A stretch of 64,000 nucleotides of DNA from Antedon mediterranea (Eukaryota; Animalia; Echinodermata). Both the position numbers and the translations under genes were made by a program. The notes beneath the pieces are model-generated. The model ran no database searches. It had not been told where the DNA came from and saw nothing but the letters and a program-made list of their open reading frames with translations. The stretch is from the NCBI RefSeq assembly GCF_964355755.1, contig NC_092676.1, positions 26,244,871-26,308,870 of the forward strand, in the 5' to 3' direction. This document shows, one piece after another, positions 1-13,355 of the stretch (position 1 is the stretch's first letter; each line of letters begins with the position of its first letter).

Positions 1-545
1 AATATTTTTACATTTTTTAATGATCGTTAAATTATGTTCGATTTGTTATACTTATCTTATGTATTGTTATTGTTTTACTTTTATATGTTCAAGTGCAGTA
101 TGGAGAACCAATTCGATAGTGCTAAGCACTCATGGCAACCCCAGGGTGCTGCACCGCTGTCATGTTTATACGTTGTTGTTTATGCATGAAAATTGAATAA
201 AATAAATACTCATAGATTATCTAATATGTCCACAGGGTAAAGTTTATCCATTCACAGGAACATTCCCAACGTTTTACAACCCTCTCGTATGGATGGATAT
301 CAACCAAGTGATTCGAGGAATCGACAGCCTTGGTGAAAAGGTAACTTGTCTGTCATTAGTATTGATGTCGTCATCATTACCATATTAGTCAAATCAGAGA
401 CGTCATCATTGCAACAGTCACTTATAATCATTATTAACTATCACTATCATAAGCCCGTTCAGGTTGAGTTATTTACCTGGCGTATAATAAGTTTCATGAA
501 CTAATTATCGCTAACTTTGGTGGGTATGCCACCGGTTTAAGGCAA

Positions 546-898
546 TCTAACAACAGGATGCTAAGTTCCGGAGATCAAAGGGTTTATATGTGGCTGCGAC
601 ACGATCAGACACCGCGCGCTGCGGAGAATATGCAGTACTGTTGGTTTTTCGTATCCAGTAAAGCGTGGTTAAGTTCTCACTAGAACGTAACGCAAGGACG
701 TAAACGCAACGCAAGCGTTTTAACCAATGACAAGCGAAGTTATAGACAGTTAGCAATCACAAGCGAATAAGCCATCGCTTGTGATTGGTCAATTCACTTG
801 CGTTGCGTCCTTGCGTTGCGTCGCTAGTGGGAACCACGCTTAAGATCAAATGACTGTTACGAGTTCCTATCTTGGCAAGCCGAGCTCAGTTTCCTGTT
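546..898. mobile_element. Dispersed repeat carrying a nested MITE at 661-842
   Basis: Segments 546-660 and 843-898 join to match, in reverse orientation, the uninterrupted copy at ~18092-18300 (GAGCTCGCCTTGCCAAGATAGGAACTC ... CCCTTTGATCTCCGGA). Confidence 0.7.
661..842. mobile_element. MITE family B (TIR ~AAGC(G/T)TGGTTCCCACTAG)
   Basis: Terminal inverted repeats AAGCGTGGTT...GGGAACCACGCTT with internal AACGCAAG / TGATTGGTCAA repeats. Similar copies at 1854-2001 and 39334-39490; fragment at 29696-29722. Confidence 0.8.
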
Positions 899-1161
899 AA
901 CCAAGCCTAAACGCGCGCGCACATAGACACACAGATATTTTCTTCGTTATCTTTTGATAACTGTATGATGTCGTATTTTCAGATTCCATCTGCTGATCCT
1001 TGGGATTGTCCTGACGCAGAAGAGTTGGATAATACTACAATGCAAGATTGGATTGATAAGAATACCTTGACGAAGTTAGTAGAATAATAGATAAACGACG
1101 GAGAAACAATGATCAGAATTAAATAATATGCAATCGAATGAAAGAATACATAAGTATACAA

Positions 1162-1410
1162 ACGAATGAATAACCAAGCTAGCATCGTAGAGTTAATAAG
1201 TAGACATCAATTTTACTCTGCCCTGGACATAGGCATTAATACGAATGGGAAATTTGGACGCACACAAGACCGTCTGCTAAGAGTAGCAAAAGAGCTAGAG
1301 GCATTGAAAATTACCCAATTGACGAATGGGTAACCGAGCTAGTATCGTAGAGTTAATAAGTGACATCAATTTTACTCTGCCCTGTGGTAGGCATAAATAC
1401 GAATGGGAAA
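1162..1410. repeat. Local direct duplication of ~90 bp in an MAO intron
   Basis: ACGAATG..AGCTAG..ATCGTAGAGTTAATAAG..ACATCAATTTTACTCTGCCCTG..AATACGAATGGGAAA occurs at ~1162-1251 and ~1322-1410. Confidence 0.8.
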
Positions 1411-1853
1411 AACAGATGAATTGTTATTCGCGTGTATGAATAAAAGTAATACAGAATCTGTGTTATTCCTTATGACCATTTAAACACAACGCGAAGCGTA
1501 CGAGCGATTTCCGCTCAGGATAGATATACGTGGGACAAGCGACGTGGTTTTCCACTTACCGTTACCGTTCGTCTGTGTAAATTGACCTTAATGCTTCTTT
1601 GTTTTCTTGTATTTAGGAACGGGTAATAACTTCTGTAAGTCCATGTGTCAACTAACTGTCACATCTCAGCTGACTGAAATGTCAGTGTTGTTTGTTGCAT
1701 GGTACATCAAGCAATGTGGGGGATTTGTGAGAATGATATCAACTAAATTTGGCGGACAGGTGAGTGGTCAAATAATGATAACAACTTCTGTAGAACCGGT
1801 TATATTAAGCACCTTTGGGATCGGAACCAACAACAAAACAGCAAATGTCCCCT

Positions 1854-2001
1854 TAAGCGTGGTTCCCACCAGGACGTACGCGCAACGCAAGCGAGTTGAC
1901 CAATGCCAAGCCACTGTTCGAATAATCCATCGCTTGTGATTGGTCAAATCACTTATGTTGCGTTACGTCCTTGCGTGCGTCGCTAGTGGGAACCCAGCTT
2001 T
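1854..2001. mobile_element. MITE family B copy
   Basis: AAGCGTGGTTCCCAC ... GTGGGAACCCAGCTT, similar to 661-842. Confidence 0.8.
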
Positions 2002-2074
2002 AATATGAGTGTCTCCTTGAACTAGGCCTAGGCTTATAGTTTGTTTGACACGAATGTGTCCTCTTCACAGGCAG

Positions 2075-2455
2075 AGTGTTCCAATGAGGGGCTCTACTGT
2101 ATAATATCGTATGAAGAATATTAGATCTCTTAATGTATGCTACAATAATGCTCTGCGCCGTATACTTAATGTCTCTAGAAGTAGTAGTGTCAGTGCAATG
2201 TTTATTGAACATGGTGTCCCTTCCTTTAATGAGTACATGCGAAAATCTACCTATGGTTTCATGCAACGTATGTTGAATAGTGATAACATCCTTGTTGCTT
2301 GTGTTTGCAAACATATGCTCCATAACTCCAAAATGTATTGTAGATGGAGAAGCATTCTTTATACTTAAGTTTAGATTTGTCTTTTTCTGTTAATAAGTTT
2401 ATTAATATGGATGATATTTCCAAAATAAAAAGAAATTGAATTGAATTGAATTGAA
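2075..2455 (+). mobile_element. 5'-truncated non-LTR retrotransposon (RTE-X-like ORF2 C-terminus) with (AATTG)n tail
   Basis: ORF 2111-2368 (LNVCYNNALRRILNVSRSSSVSAMF..VPSFNEYMRK..FMQRMLNSDNIL) resembles the post-RT C-terminus of RTE-X-type LINEs. It is followed by AATAAA and an AATTG microsatellite at 2433-2455. Confidence 0.65.
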
Positions 2456-5309
2456 TATATTACATTTAGTAAATTACTAGTATTACTATTGAATCTACAA
2501 TCAGTAATCGTCATAAAAAATATAATTCGTACAATAATTCTACACAGAAAGTGGCTTGTTTTATTGTTTGTATAGGAGAAGAAATTCATAGGAGGATCGC
2601 AACAGATTTCAATCGGACTCATGAACAAGATTGGAAAGGAGCGCGTCATACTAGATAGCCCAGTATACTCACTCGACCAATCAGGAGACGTAGCTGTTAT
2701 CAAAACATTGAATGAAAAGACTTACAAAGTAAGCACATTTATTTGAGGAAGAAAACTATCATTATAAAATTATTAACGAACCCTGGTCACAGATTTTTTT
2801 AAATAAATACAAAGAATATATCTTGTTGTATATCAGTATAGTGTCATTATGTATGTTTGTTTTTACGGTAACGTCCACAATGTTCAAGTTACCGTCATCA
2901 TAGGAGAATACATCCCTCTTACCTTGCGATACAAAATGGTCAAAATACGCAGTTCACTTGTTTTTACTATTCATTGCTAGTTTGTCGAAAACGGTATTTT
3001 TTTTCCAGGCGAAACATGTAATTATAGCGATGTCACCAGGTTTAACGCAAAAGATTCATTTTAACCCTCCACTGCCACCGCTCCGAAACCAGCTTGCCGC
3101 TCGCAGTCCGATGGGCTCGGTAATAAAGTGTATGGTATATTACAAGACTGACTTCTGGAGAGATAGAGGTAGGTATTATAGTTCTAGTATTATATTTCGC
3201 TATTAAGAAAATGAACAACATGATTGAATGCAACCCAGTCAACTATGTCTCGTAGAACTGCTAATCATAATATTGATATCATTTGATAATTGTTCGTTTT
3301 TAGGGTACTGTGGTTCCTCGTAGAGTATCGATCCCGATCTACCAGTAGAGTGGTCAGTAGATGACACCAAACCGGATGGGACTGCGCCAGCTTTAGTCAC
3401 GTGAGTCAATGAATATCATAGGCATATTAATTAAGATATAATTTATTATAACATGGGCCTGGGAGTGAAAGGTGTGTTTTTACTAGGAAGAACGATACAC
3501 TAAACCTTTATTTTAACTTCATTTAACCTGTTTCATTTTATTTTAGATTTATAACCGCAAACAAGGCTAGACAGTTCTGTCAGCTTACAGAAAATGAACG
3601 GTAACGTGTTTTTGTATTACCACGTGATATATTAAAAGATTGTGATTTTTGTAAATCGAAAGAAGAAAGAAGCTAATTAAAATAAAATTTCGATATCGAA
3701 CAAATTTGAACGTCATTCACACCAATTTTTAAAATCACTCAATAAATTGTATAACGAAAATCTCATAAATGCTGGGTTCGACCACCGCACACATGAAACC
3801 AAATTGTGTGACGATAGAGAGGGCGCTCAAAGACTTTTATATATTTTTTAACATAGACGTTATACATTGTGTCGATATTATGCAAAAGTTTTCGGCACCG
3901 ATGAAGCAATGCATGTAAGTGAATTCTTGTATATTATATCTTCTTTATAATTATAATATATATAATTATCAAAATTATTATCAGCGGTGACGTCATTCGT
4001 CACCAGCGCGCGGCGTTGATTAAAAAATGACAAACTTATTTTATATTTTTAGCCAATTAACTACGTAGAGAAAAACTGGATGGCAGAAGCATATTCAGCG
4101 GGTTGTTACACAACTATATTTCAACCTGGAACTCTTTACCAATACGGCAGGTAATTTAGCTCTTTTTATGTGACAAAAACATGTTATATGCCCTAATATA
4201 GTAGTAACATGCCCAAATATGGTAGTGATATGACATCATCATGTCCATGTAAGGGCACATCACATCATTTTGATAGTGTAGACAGAGCTTAACCAATGGG
4301 GCTGCACAGTAGAGCAAAGAACTAACAACTCTGTGAGTTTACTTTATGCTCGCCACTATAATTTCAGAGAATTAAGAAGGATAATCGGCTGTATACACTT
4401 TGCAGGCACGGAAACGGCTAGTAAATGGTCTGGCTATATGGACGGAGCTGTTGAATCTTGTGAACGTGCTGCTAGAGAGGTATTCAATCGCACATTTAAT
4501 AATACTATGTCTATTATACTTTTGTTATGTGATTATTATATAATTATGCATTAATTGTTGACTTTATAGATACTTTATGATATGGGAAAGTTACCAAAAT
4601 CCATGATTTGGCAAGACGAACCAGAAACAAAGGTAAGAACCACAACCTTTCCCGAGTGTTTCCCAAGTGTATACTCGGGGAAACTTTTGTACACGATAGT
4701 TTTACAAAGTACTACTGTATTATACTTACTGCACATAAGTTGCGTATTCCTCAAACAGGCCTATATCAAGAATTGTTTACCATACTCTAAAATTTAATCA
4801 GCTGTAATTTACTTTTTAAAGTGTTATACTGCTTTATTAAAGCTTGAATGTATTAATTTTATTTTTTAGGACTATCCAGCGATTCCATTTCCAAAATCGT
4901 TCGTAGAAAGGAACGCCCCGACGGCTCGCGGCTTTGTACGTTTTGTTCTACCAGGACAACGTTTTGGACGGCTGCCGTTGCCGGTGGAGTTTGGCTTTAC
5001 AAACATTTAAATAAATAAAAGGCTGACATTGTTATTCCAGACTAGTTGAATTTATACTCGTTGTTTCTGAATCATTTGATTGAAAATAATATGTCTCCCA
5101 AATCTAATATCTTCTAAACAATAGATGAACTCTATTTCGCTTTATCTCCTTTGATAATTTTGTTAAATTAATAGTGAGACTCCTTTAAATTCATCGTCTG
5201 CAAGGTAAATTTCCATCTCACGCTATTCTGGCATCAGTTCTGTATCATCAAACAACATTATAGGTACGGCGCACTCACAATTCACAAACAATACCCTAAC
5301 GTCATGATC

Positions 5310-5518
5310 CAGTGGCGTAACGAAGAGGCCTGATGCCCCTGGTTGTTTAGGCAACCTAATTGGCCCTCCAAGTTCCAACGCGTGAGGCCTTGGGTGTTTT
5401 TACCCCTTTTTCGGCATAGTTTAATTTAAGTTCCTCTAGGCATCGCTCATCGGCACGATAAGCTCAGGGTCCCAGAGTTTAGCCAGTGAGCGCTCACATA
5501 GCCGTTAGTACGCCACTG
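5310..5518. mobile_element. hAT-like MITE
   Basis: 10-bp TIR CAGTGGCGTA / TACGCCACTG around a GC-richer core; no clean 8-bp TSD visible. Confidence 0.55.
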
Positions 5519-5673
5519 ACGTCATCGTCACCGGGAAGCAATGATCTCAGGGTTTACACTTTCTATTTTCTAAAGTGGGGTTTATCAATGTTTGTATTTT
5601 ATAATAACTATCTAGTCTGGTTAGGCATTTTAAACCAGTAATCATCAAAAGTAGTTGTCTCGATCGATTTGAG

Positions 5674-5709
5674 CATAGAGATATTATAGTGAACTATAAT
5701 ATCTCTATG
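5674..5709. mobile_element. Short palindromic insertion with 7-bp TSD (putative P-element-type excision footprint)
   Basis: ATTTGAG-CATAGAGATATTATAGT-GA-ACTATAATATCTCTATG-ATTTGAG. Confidence 0.7.
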
Positions 5710-6072
5710 ATTTGAGTGGCCCAGCTCATCGCGATTACGTACGTTTTAGTACTCGAGGCTACATAGGCGCACCTACCTTGTAGTTTCCTTAACATGGACA
5801 TACAATGCAATATTCAATTGATAAACATTAAATGGTTGAATGATTATGATAAATATAAATTAATTTGCAACTTTTCATGATTATGACGTAATGCAATTTT
5901 ACCGTACCTTTATTAGTAAACAGAAGTTAGAATACGGTACCGTATCTTTAGCCACAGCGTAAATCATTTGCAAGGACCTTTTTATTTTAAAAAAATCGTG
6001 TTCAACTAAAATTGAGATGACACGTAAGTGTTATTTTTGTGTGCAACACGAAGACCAGCTATTGAATTGTAT

Positions 6073-6096
6073 CATGGATTAATTCATTTATCTATG
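6073..6096. mobile_element. Short imperfect palindrome with 7-bp TSD (putative P-element-type footprint)
   Basis: ATTGTAT-CATGGATTAATTCATTTATCTATG-ATTGTAT. Confidence 0.55.
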
Positions 6097-6967
6097 ATTG
6101 TATATTAATATATCTGAAAACAAATAGAATTGGAATATCTCGTGTTGTATTTAATAGATATTATCTTTGTGGCCCGTTCCTGTATAGGAAAAACACATTT
6201 TCCCCATAAAAAAAACCCAGAGAAACTAATCCATAGCAAAATCCTTATCAATTATAAATAGTTTTTATTATGGCACATGCCAGAATAAAAACTATTTTAT
6301 TTATACGAAGAGAGATTTCTTTAAAATTAAATAGCGTCCTCTCTCTCTCTGTATAAAAAAGAATGTGGTGGCGGGCGACGAGAGAGAGATAGGAGATAGA
6401 TGGCAACAAACCGATAAAATGTTCTTATCGTTCGAGTTCGTAGTTCATCATTTATACTTTAATTCCTTTTAATTATCTGATTAATTTACTAGAAAATAAA
6501 CTTCAACTTTTGTAATAATTCGAAATGTGTAAGAGGTATGTTGTTAAGTTGTTTTAATAGAACTATATAGAGCCAGGCTAGACATAAACCAAACATGAGG
6601 CTTCGATTGGACGGGGACGCTGGCTGAGTTTGATATGAGGGACAAGCCTAGCCTAGGCCTGTAGAACTGTGTGATGTTTAATACATTTATTTCTTCATTA
6701 ATATTTAATATCATTGTCATCACTGCTTTCTAATTCAACCTTAATAATTTATAAAGCTGCTATCAAGAAAATCAATTAAATTATATTTTTTAAAGAAAGT
6801 ATTAAAATACTAATATTAATAATTTAGTTTTAATAATATAATATAATAATATTAATAAATAATAATCATATTTTCTTTATCATTAGGGCCTACTGAAATG
6901 AAATACATCATTAATTTTTATATAGGCCTATATTATTTTTTTTTTAAGTTGACTGAATTTTACTGAG

Positions 6968-9900
6968 ATGGAGTTTGGGCCAGAAAGTGATCCTGAGATG
7001 AACTTTAATCCTGACTATGAAATTGCAAGTGATGAAGAGTGCAGTAATAACGAAGAAAATAAAGATAGTGATAACGAGAGAGACTCCAGTAGTGGAGACA
7101 GTGATGGGTCCAGCAGCAGTGATGAAGAGGACAGTAGCAGTAGTGAAGATGAAAAGAATGAAATGATTAAAAAGAAAGATTCAGTAACTGAACTAGGAAA
7201 GAACATTGAACATTCCTCTAATCAGAAATCATTAAAAAATGTTAGTGGCCAGAAAGAAAGGAACATTAAAGAAAGTACCTCCAACAAACAGACCTCATCA
7301 CCTGGGGATAAATCTAAGAAAGTTAAGGACACAAGAAATAAAAGCAATGAAATTGATTTAGGTGAAAAATCAAAGAATAAAAGTAAGGAAAATAGTAATA
7401 AGAAGCCAAGAGATAATCAGGACAAAAAACCTAATGCAACGAGCTCTGAAAAGAGAGTTGATGAAAGAGAGAAAGACAATAAAGCAAATGTGAAATCAAA
7501 GAGAAGAAGCCATGAAACTAATCCTGAAAGCAGATCAAAAAGAAGCGATGACAAAAACATTGGTGAAAAGTCAAGAAGTAGAAATGAAGCAGATGATAAG
7601 AATAGAGAGTCAAAGAGGAAAAGTCATGGAAGTATTCCTGACGGGAAAAGAAGAGATCATGACACAAGAAGTGGTGATAAAAAATCTAAAAGTCATCATG
7701 ATGTCCATAAAAAAGAGGGAGAGTTAAAAAAGACAAAAAGTCACGAAAGTAGTCTTGACGAAAAACCTAGAAGAGAAGATCGTGACACAAGTGGTGATAG
7801 AAAATCTAAAAGCACAAGCCAGAGTGATGTCCATAAAAAAGACGGAGAGTTAAAAAAGACAAAAAGTCCAGAAAGTAGTCTTGACAAAAAACCTAGAAGA
7901 GAAGATCGTGACACAAGTGGTGATAGAAAATCTAAAAAAACAAGCCAGAGTGATGTCCATAAAAAAGACGGAGAGTTAAAAAAGACAAAAAGTCACGAAA
8001 GTAGTCTTGACGAAAAACCTAGAAGAGAAGACCGTGATGGAAAATCTGATAGCACAAGCCAGAGTGATGTCCATAAAAAAGATGGAGAGTCAAAGACAAA
8101 GGGTAGTCTTAATGAAAAAATTAAAAGAGAACCCTATGATGCAAGTGGTGATAGCAAATCTAAAAGAACAAGCAAGAGTAATCATAAAGAACACGAAAAG
8201 TCAAAGACAAAAAGTCATGAACATAGTCTTGATGAAAAATCTAAAAGAAGTGGCCATGGCAAAAGTGGTGATACTAAATCTAAAAGAGCAAGCCATGATG
8301 TAAGTTCTGATGATGTGCGTGAGAAAGAGTCTAAAACAAAAATCCAAGAAAGTGGAAAATCAAAAAGAAGTGGTGAGGGTAGTGAAGTTGGAAAATCAAA
8401 AAGAACAAGCCATGATATTAGTTTTGATGAGAAAGATGAACATTCGAGAAAGAAAAGCGATGAAACTAGTCTAGAGAGAAGATCAAAAATGAAAAATAAT
8501 GAAAGTAGTGATGATGGAAAATCTAAAAGAATAAGTCATGATGAACCAAAGACTACAATTCAAGAAAGTGACTTTGACACCAACATTGATAATGACTTTG
8601 AAATGGAGTCGAACAAGACATTCCATGAGACTAGTCTTGAAGAACTTTATGCCGATATTTCAATGGATGGTACCGACTTCAAAACACCTTATAAAGCACT
8701 TGACTCCAGTCTGGATCTTTACAGTGAGTTTGTAATTGAAGAAGCCTCATCAAGACTTAGTTACGATCAGGTAAAGATTATTTTTAATTGAGTTATAAAT
8801 AGTTTTATGAAAATATAATTATTTTCTTAGGATTCGGTAGTAAATAACATGCTATTTTTCAATTTTACAAAGACAGAACCTTTAAATTATGCAATATTAA
8901 AATGTTAGTCTTCTTTCTAATACATTGTTTTTTTACAGCTTTTAAAAGACAAGAACATAAATCTCCTCAAAGTTGAAGAATTGAAATCGTCATTACAGAA
9001 ATTGATAAAGCAAGTAAGTTAACTTCAATTATTACAGACATACAAATTAGGGTAATGGATGGTATTTAATTGAAATAATAAAACAGAAACCCAATTAATA
9101 GTTATGTGAGTTATGAATACTCATAATTAGTTTTATTATTAGTAATAAATGCTTATTAATTTTGTGATTGTTCCTTTCTACAGTAAGTTATTACCACCAA
9201 GGAATTTAAAATCTACAATTTTAATTTAAAATGTGTAATCCAAAGTGTGTGTATACCAAAAATTTTATATTCAATAGTATCATTAATTATTTTATTATTT
9301 TGTTTAGGAAAACGCAATCAAGGAAGAAAATTTGAAGTTGCGTAGGAATATCTCTTCCCTGTACAAGACGGCACAAGGAGAAATTAAGCGAAAGGATATG
9401 GAAATTGCTGCTCTTGTCAGAAAGTAAGTCCGATGAAACACCCATTTACCGATTCATACATATTATTATGCAAGTCATACATTCTCAGTATGCTTATTAA
9501 GGCTTGACAAGCCTGTAGCCAGAGTTCAAAGCCTAGGTTGGAACGAACGCCATTTTCAAACAAGATTCCGTTCCAGAGCAAAAGTGATGACAAATATACT
9601 TGCGCTTTATTTTTTCCCTTTTTGTTGAAAATGGTACTTCATTTGATGAAAAAAATGTGGGCTATTGTGGGAAAAAGCCTGGCTAAAAACTTTCTTAATT
9701 GTCCTTGGTAATGCTTCATACAATGATACCTTGATTATTATAATATGGAATTATAATCTAATAACTAAATTAATTTTTTTTCAGACTTGACTATTTACAA
9801 CCAATGCGTTTCCAAGCCCTGATGTATCGTAAGATAGTGGCAGCACGCAGCCAAGGCAAGGAAGGCAAAGAATTTGATGACGTACTTAAAAGTGCATTAC

Positions 9901-12635
9901 AAGCTAAAGAACTTAGCAGTAAGCAGGCAAACTCAAGTGAAGCAATTCAACTATTGGAAGATTCACTAGCTCGAGATTACTACTTTCAAAAAGATAATAG
10001 TCTTGAGAGAAAGAAAGAAAACAGTGCAGTGCACAATGAAAGATTTGACCGCCATCCATCAGATGATAAAAGAGAAAATAGATCAAGCAGCAGAGATAAA
10101 TCTGGAAATATGTACAAGAAAGAACGAGCGTTAAAGAAGGATGTTAGAAGTTTACCTCATAAAAGCAGTTCATCAGCTGATGTAAGAAGTAGAGAAACTG
10201 CTTCGCCGAGTAGAAAGAGAAAAGATCGAATCAGTGATCAATATTCAAACGGAACTGTAAACAACTATAAGAGAAAGGATAATACTAGAGAAGAACAAAA
10301 AGTTATTGATGAACCAAAATTAAAAGAAAGAAGAACAGAACATAAGGAATGCACTAGAGATGATAGTTTATCATTTAAAAGTAGATCTGAAGATAAACAA
10401 TTAAGGACAGAAAGATCTACTTCAGTTGAACAAAAGTTGTCTGATAAAAAAAATGAAACTTCATCTAGATCTTCAACAAGTTCTACTCAAAAACATAAAT
10501 TAGATGAAGACCATGCTAGGAAGTCTGATAAACGGGTGAATGAAAATAATTCTGTTAGGTCTGATTCTAAAAAAATGTCTTCAAGTGAGCGTGACCACAA
10601 CAAGAGGTATGATAAGGAGGCGAATAGAAGGATGAAAGAACATGATCATGTTAGGTCAGATAGACAATCAAGCAAAGGTGTTCATTTAAACGAACCAGAG
10701 TCAGGGAGGTATTCATCAGGTGAAAAGCATCGAATTGAAAAAGAATATGAGAACAGAAGTACCAAAGACCATTCAAAGATATCAGAGTCTGATCAAAGAC
10801 ATAGAAATAAATCTTCAAAAGTAACTGATGAGAGAACACTTGATAAATTGTCACAGAAAGAAAGAGACAGAGAGCTTGAAATTCAAAGGAGAATAAAACA
10901 GCGGGAAAAAATGTCACAGATGGCAGAAGACCGAAATAGAGATAGCAGAGACGAAAGGAATCGTTCATCTTCTAGAGATAAAGACAGACATAGTAGGTTG
11001 CAAGAATCAAGATTGGATATTGATATTAGAAATAAAGAAAAAGAGAGGAAAAAAGATACTGAAAAAATGAGGGACAGTGATAGAGAAAGAGGACACTCTG
11101 ATAGAAAAATGAGAGATATAGAAAGAGAAAAAAGAAACGTAGGAGAAGCAAGTAAAGGAAACGAGAAAGATAGAAGAAACCGAGATGAAATTTCTAAATC
11201 TGAAAAGGTGGAGAAATCAAAAGATGACAGAAACTATACTCAATCAAGTATTAATAAAAGCAACAATGAAACAGCACTCCAGGATTCAAAAAGGTCTGAG
11301 AAAACTACTCATGTAAACAGTCAAGAACATACTTCTGAACGGAGACACCAGAAACCTAAAATTGATGTAGAAAAAACTGAGAAAAAATATAAGAAATCTC
11401 CTTCAACAAAAGGGAAAGGTCACCATCTTCCTACATTACGACATCTTGAACATGATGACAGCAGCAGTGAAAATGATACAAGAATCATCGATGGTCATTC
11501 TTCTGAATCTTCTGAGATCCATACACAGTCCCAATTGGATTCAAAAGAAAATATGGATGATGAACAACTATCTAGAACTCCTCAGAATGTGGACACTTCT
11601 GCCAATGTAGAAAGTGATCGCAGTCTCAGTGATATTGATAGTGAATGCTCCCAAACTGATAATTTAACGTTAGTCGATGATAAAGAACATTTTGATACTA
11701 TGCAGGATAACTCTCCTAAGAATACACAAAAACACAGTGATAAAGATAAATTTGAAAAAAGGACAAAAACTATGATTCTTAAGAAAGAAAAAGGTCCATT
11801 AAAAGAATCTAGTAAACATTCCAATACTGAATCATCAACGGCAACCGTCGGCTCTTTATCAGAAGAAGTAAAAGGATCTGAAAAACCGAAAACTATTTCA
11901 AGCAAGAAGAAAATTAAAAAGGATAGTTTGAATGAACAGTCAAATAAGGAGGAAACAAAAAAAAGAAAACCCTTAACAAAAACTGAAAAGTCTCAATCAG
12001 ATAGTAGTGCACTCGTGACTACTGGTGATATATCAGACACTAGTAATGTAACACCTAGCAAGGATAAAATTAGTAATAAGAAACGAAAAAGGAAAGTAAA
12101 AGAGGTTTCAACAAGCAAAAATAAGGTGAAGAAACAGAAGAAAACTGAAAATAACCAAAAAGACATTCTAGATACAGAGGCTACGGAACATACTATTTCA
12201 ACTGGAAATGAGAAGAAAATGGAGGATGTGATGAGTGATGAAATAATAATGACACAAGAGGACAATATAAGTGAAGAGGTCATGTTGCAAAATGAAGAAC
12301 AAGAAGATGAAACAATGCAAGAGGAGAAAGTGACAGAAGAAGAGGAAGGATTGATGCAAGATGAAGTAACTACAGCAAAGGATGATTCTCAACTTGAGGA
12401 AGGAGAGTTATCGGAAGGGGAGATTAAATCTGATTCAGAATCAGAAATTTCTCCTGATACTTTCAAACCAAGTAGTCATAGGCACAACAGAGGTGATGAA
12501 CGAAGGAGGCCGACTTTTGCAGGAAAATCAAAGGATCTTCGGCACTTGATCACAAAGAGAGACGGTCATAAAAGAAGTAAGGATTATTACCGTGGCGAGA
12601 AACTGCACAGGTCTAGAAGTGACCACCGATATTGA
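6968..12635 (+). CDS. CASP8AP2: CASP8-associated protein 2 / FLASH homolog (~1614 aa, 4 coding exons)
   Basis: Exons 6968-8770, 8939-9013, 9308-9423 and 9785-12635 splice in frame. The junction region reads SLDLYSEFVIEE..SYDQLL..ENLKLRRNISSLYKTAQGEIKRKDMEI, matching the FLASH LDLY motif and coiled coil (human [34 protein letters not shown]). C-terminal LEEGELSEGEIKSDSE resembles the FLASH ARS2-binding motif. Confidence 0.85.
7699..8095 (+). repeat. In-frame 126-bp (42-aa) tandem repeat, ~3 near-identical copies plus degenerate flanking units
   Basis: GATGTCCATAAAAAAGA recurs at ~7700, 7826, 7952 and 8066; unit DVHKKDGELKKTKSHESSLDEKPRREDRDTSGDRKSKSTSQS. Confidence 0.9.
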
Positions 12636-12777
12636 GTGGTTGAGTGAGTAATTAAAAGTACTAAACTGGTATTTTACCTCGGAAGTGTCTTCTATCTACT
12701 GTATAGACCAGGAAACAGATTGTTCTGTCACCTATTTGTTGCACATATTGAAATATTGGTGTCTAATTAGTTACAGT

Positions 12778-12942
12778 AAAGCGTTGTCTACACATCAAAC
12801 TTTATGGGACAAAAAAATGTGATGTGCCCATATATTGACATGATGATGTCATATCACTACCATATTTGGCAATATCACTACCATATTTGGGCACATCACA
12901 CCTTTTTTTGGTCAAACTAGTTTGATAGTGGAGACAGAGCTT
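12778..12942. mobile_element. MITE family A (TIR AGCTCTGTCTACACTATCAAAC), high copy; possibly PIF/Harbinger-derived
   Basis: TIRs flanked by TAA/TTA, with an internal 21-bp unit CATATCACTACCATATTTGGG. Further full or partial copies at ~4162-4291, 18752-18882, 19491-19981, 20619-20749, 26581-26697, 36352-36488, 38398-38530, 38790-38872, 46755-46905, 48021-48184, 48793-48918, 51976-52057, 57147-57395, 60370-60495 and 63520-63613. Confidence 0.88.
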
Positions 12943-13355
12943 TTATTACTGTATAATAATATCTCAGGGTTAGTCTCCCAGTAATTAAATTTCCTAGAAC
13001 TGGAAACTTTAGCAAACAATGTGCCATGACCTTGGGCATATGCAAATTGAGTGGTCGTCGTCTAGACCTAGAATCTGCAAAAATTTTAATTAAGTGAGTC
13101 CTCATGCACACAAATTAATTAACATGTTGCCACTACAGTTGATTCTTGGTCGTCACAAATTGAAACCTATTATACTAGTGGTAGGTATTAAATTTCACCT
13201 TGTCTTAAACTTGGGTGCTGCTATGTAAACTAAAAAAAAAACTGTATGCTAATGCTAGAAAAAAGTTGGAATGTATTTTAAACATAGTTAATATTTTGTC
13301 AGCCTCTAATCCAACCATTCTAGTCAGAAATTATATAATTATAGAATTTTATACA

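Larger units (their letters stand above)
236..5018 (+). pseudogene. Monoamine oxidase (flavin amine oxidase, MAO-A/B-like), last 12 exons; apparently disrupted; 5' part lies outside the window
   Basis: GT-AG exons 236-340, 983-1074, 1617-1759, 2576-2728, 3009-3168, 3304-3400, 3547-3600, 3857-3914, 4053-4150, 4368-4479, 4570-4632, 4870-5018. They translate to MAO motifs ([59 protein letters not shown]). Lesions: one extra base at the start of exon 1617-1759, an in-frame TAG at 3321-3323, and a probable -1 shift near 4948 in the membrane-anchor exon. Confidence 0.88.

Noticed and set aside
3321-3323. In-frame TAG in MAO as stop-codon recoding
   Set aside because: It is accompanied by independent frameshifts, and other genes in the window use TAG as a normal stop.
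7015-12392. Antisense and alternate-frame ORFs overlapping FLASH
   Set aside because: These are shadows of a low-complexity, purine-rich coding strand with no independent motifs.
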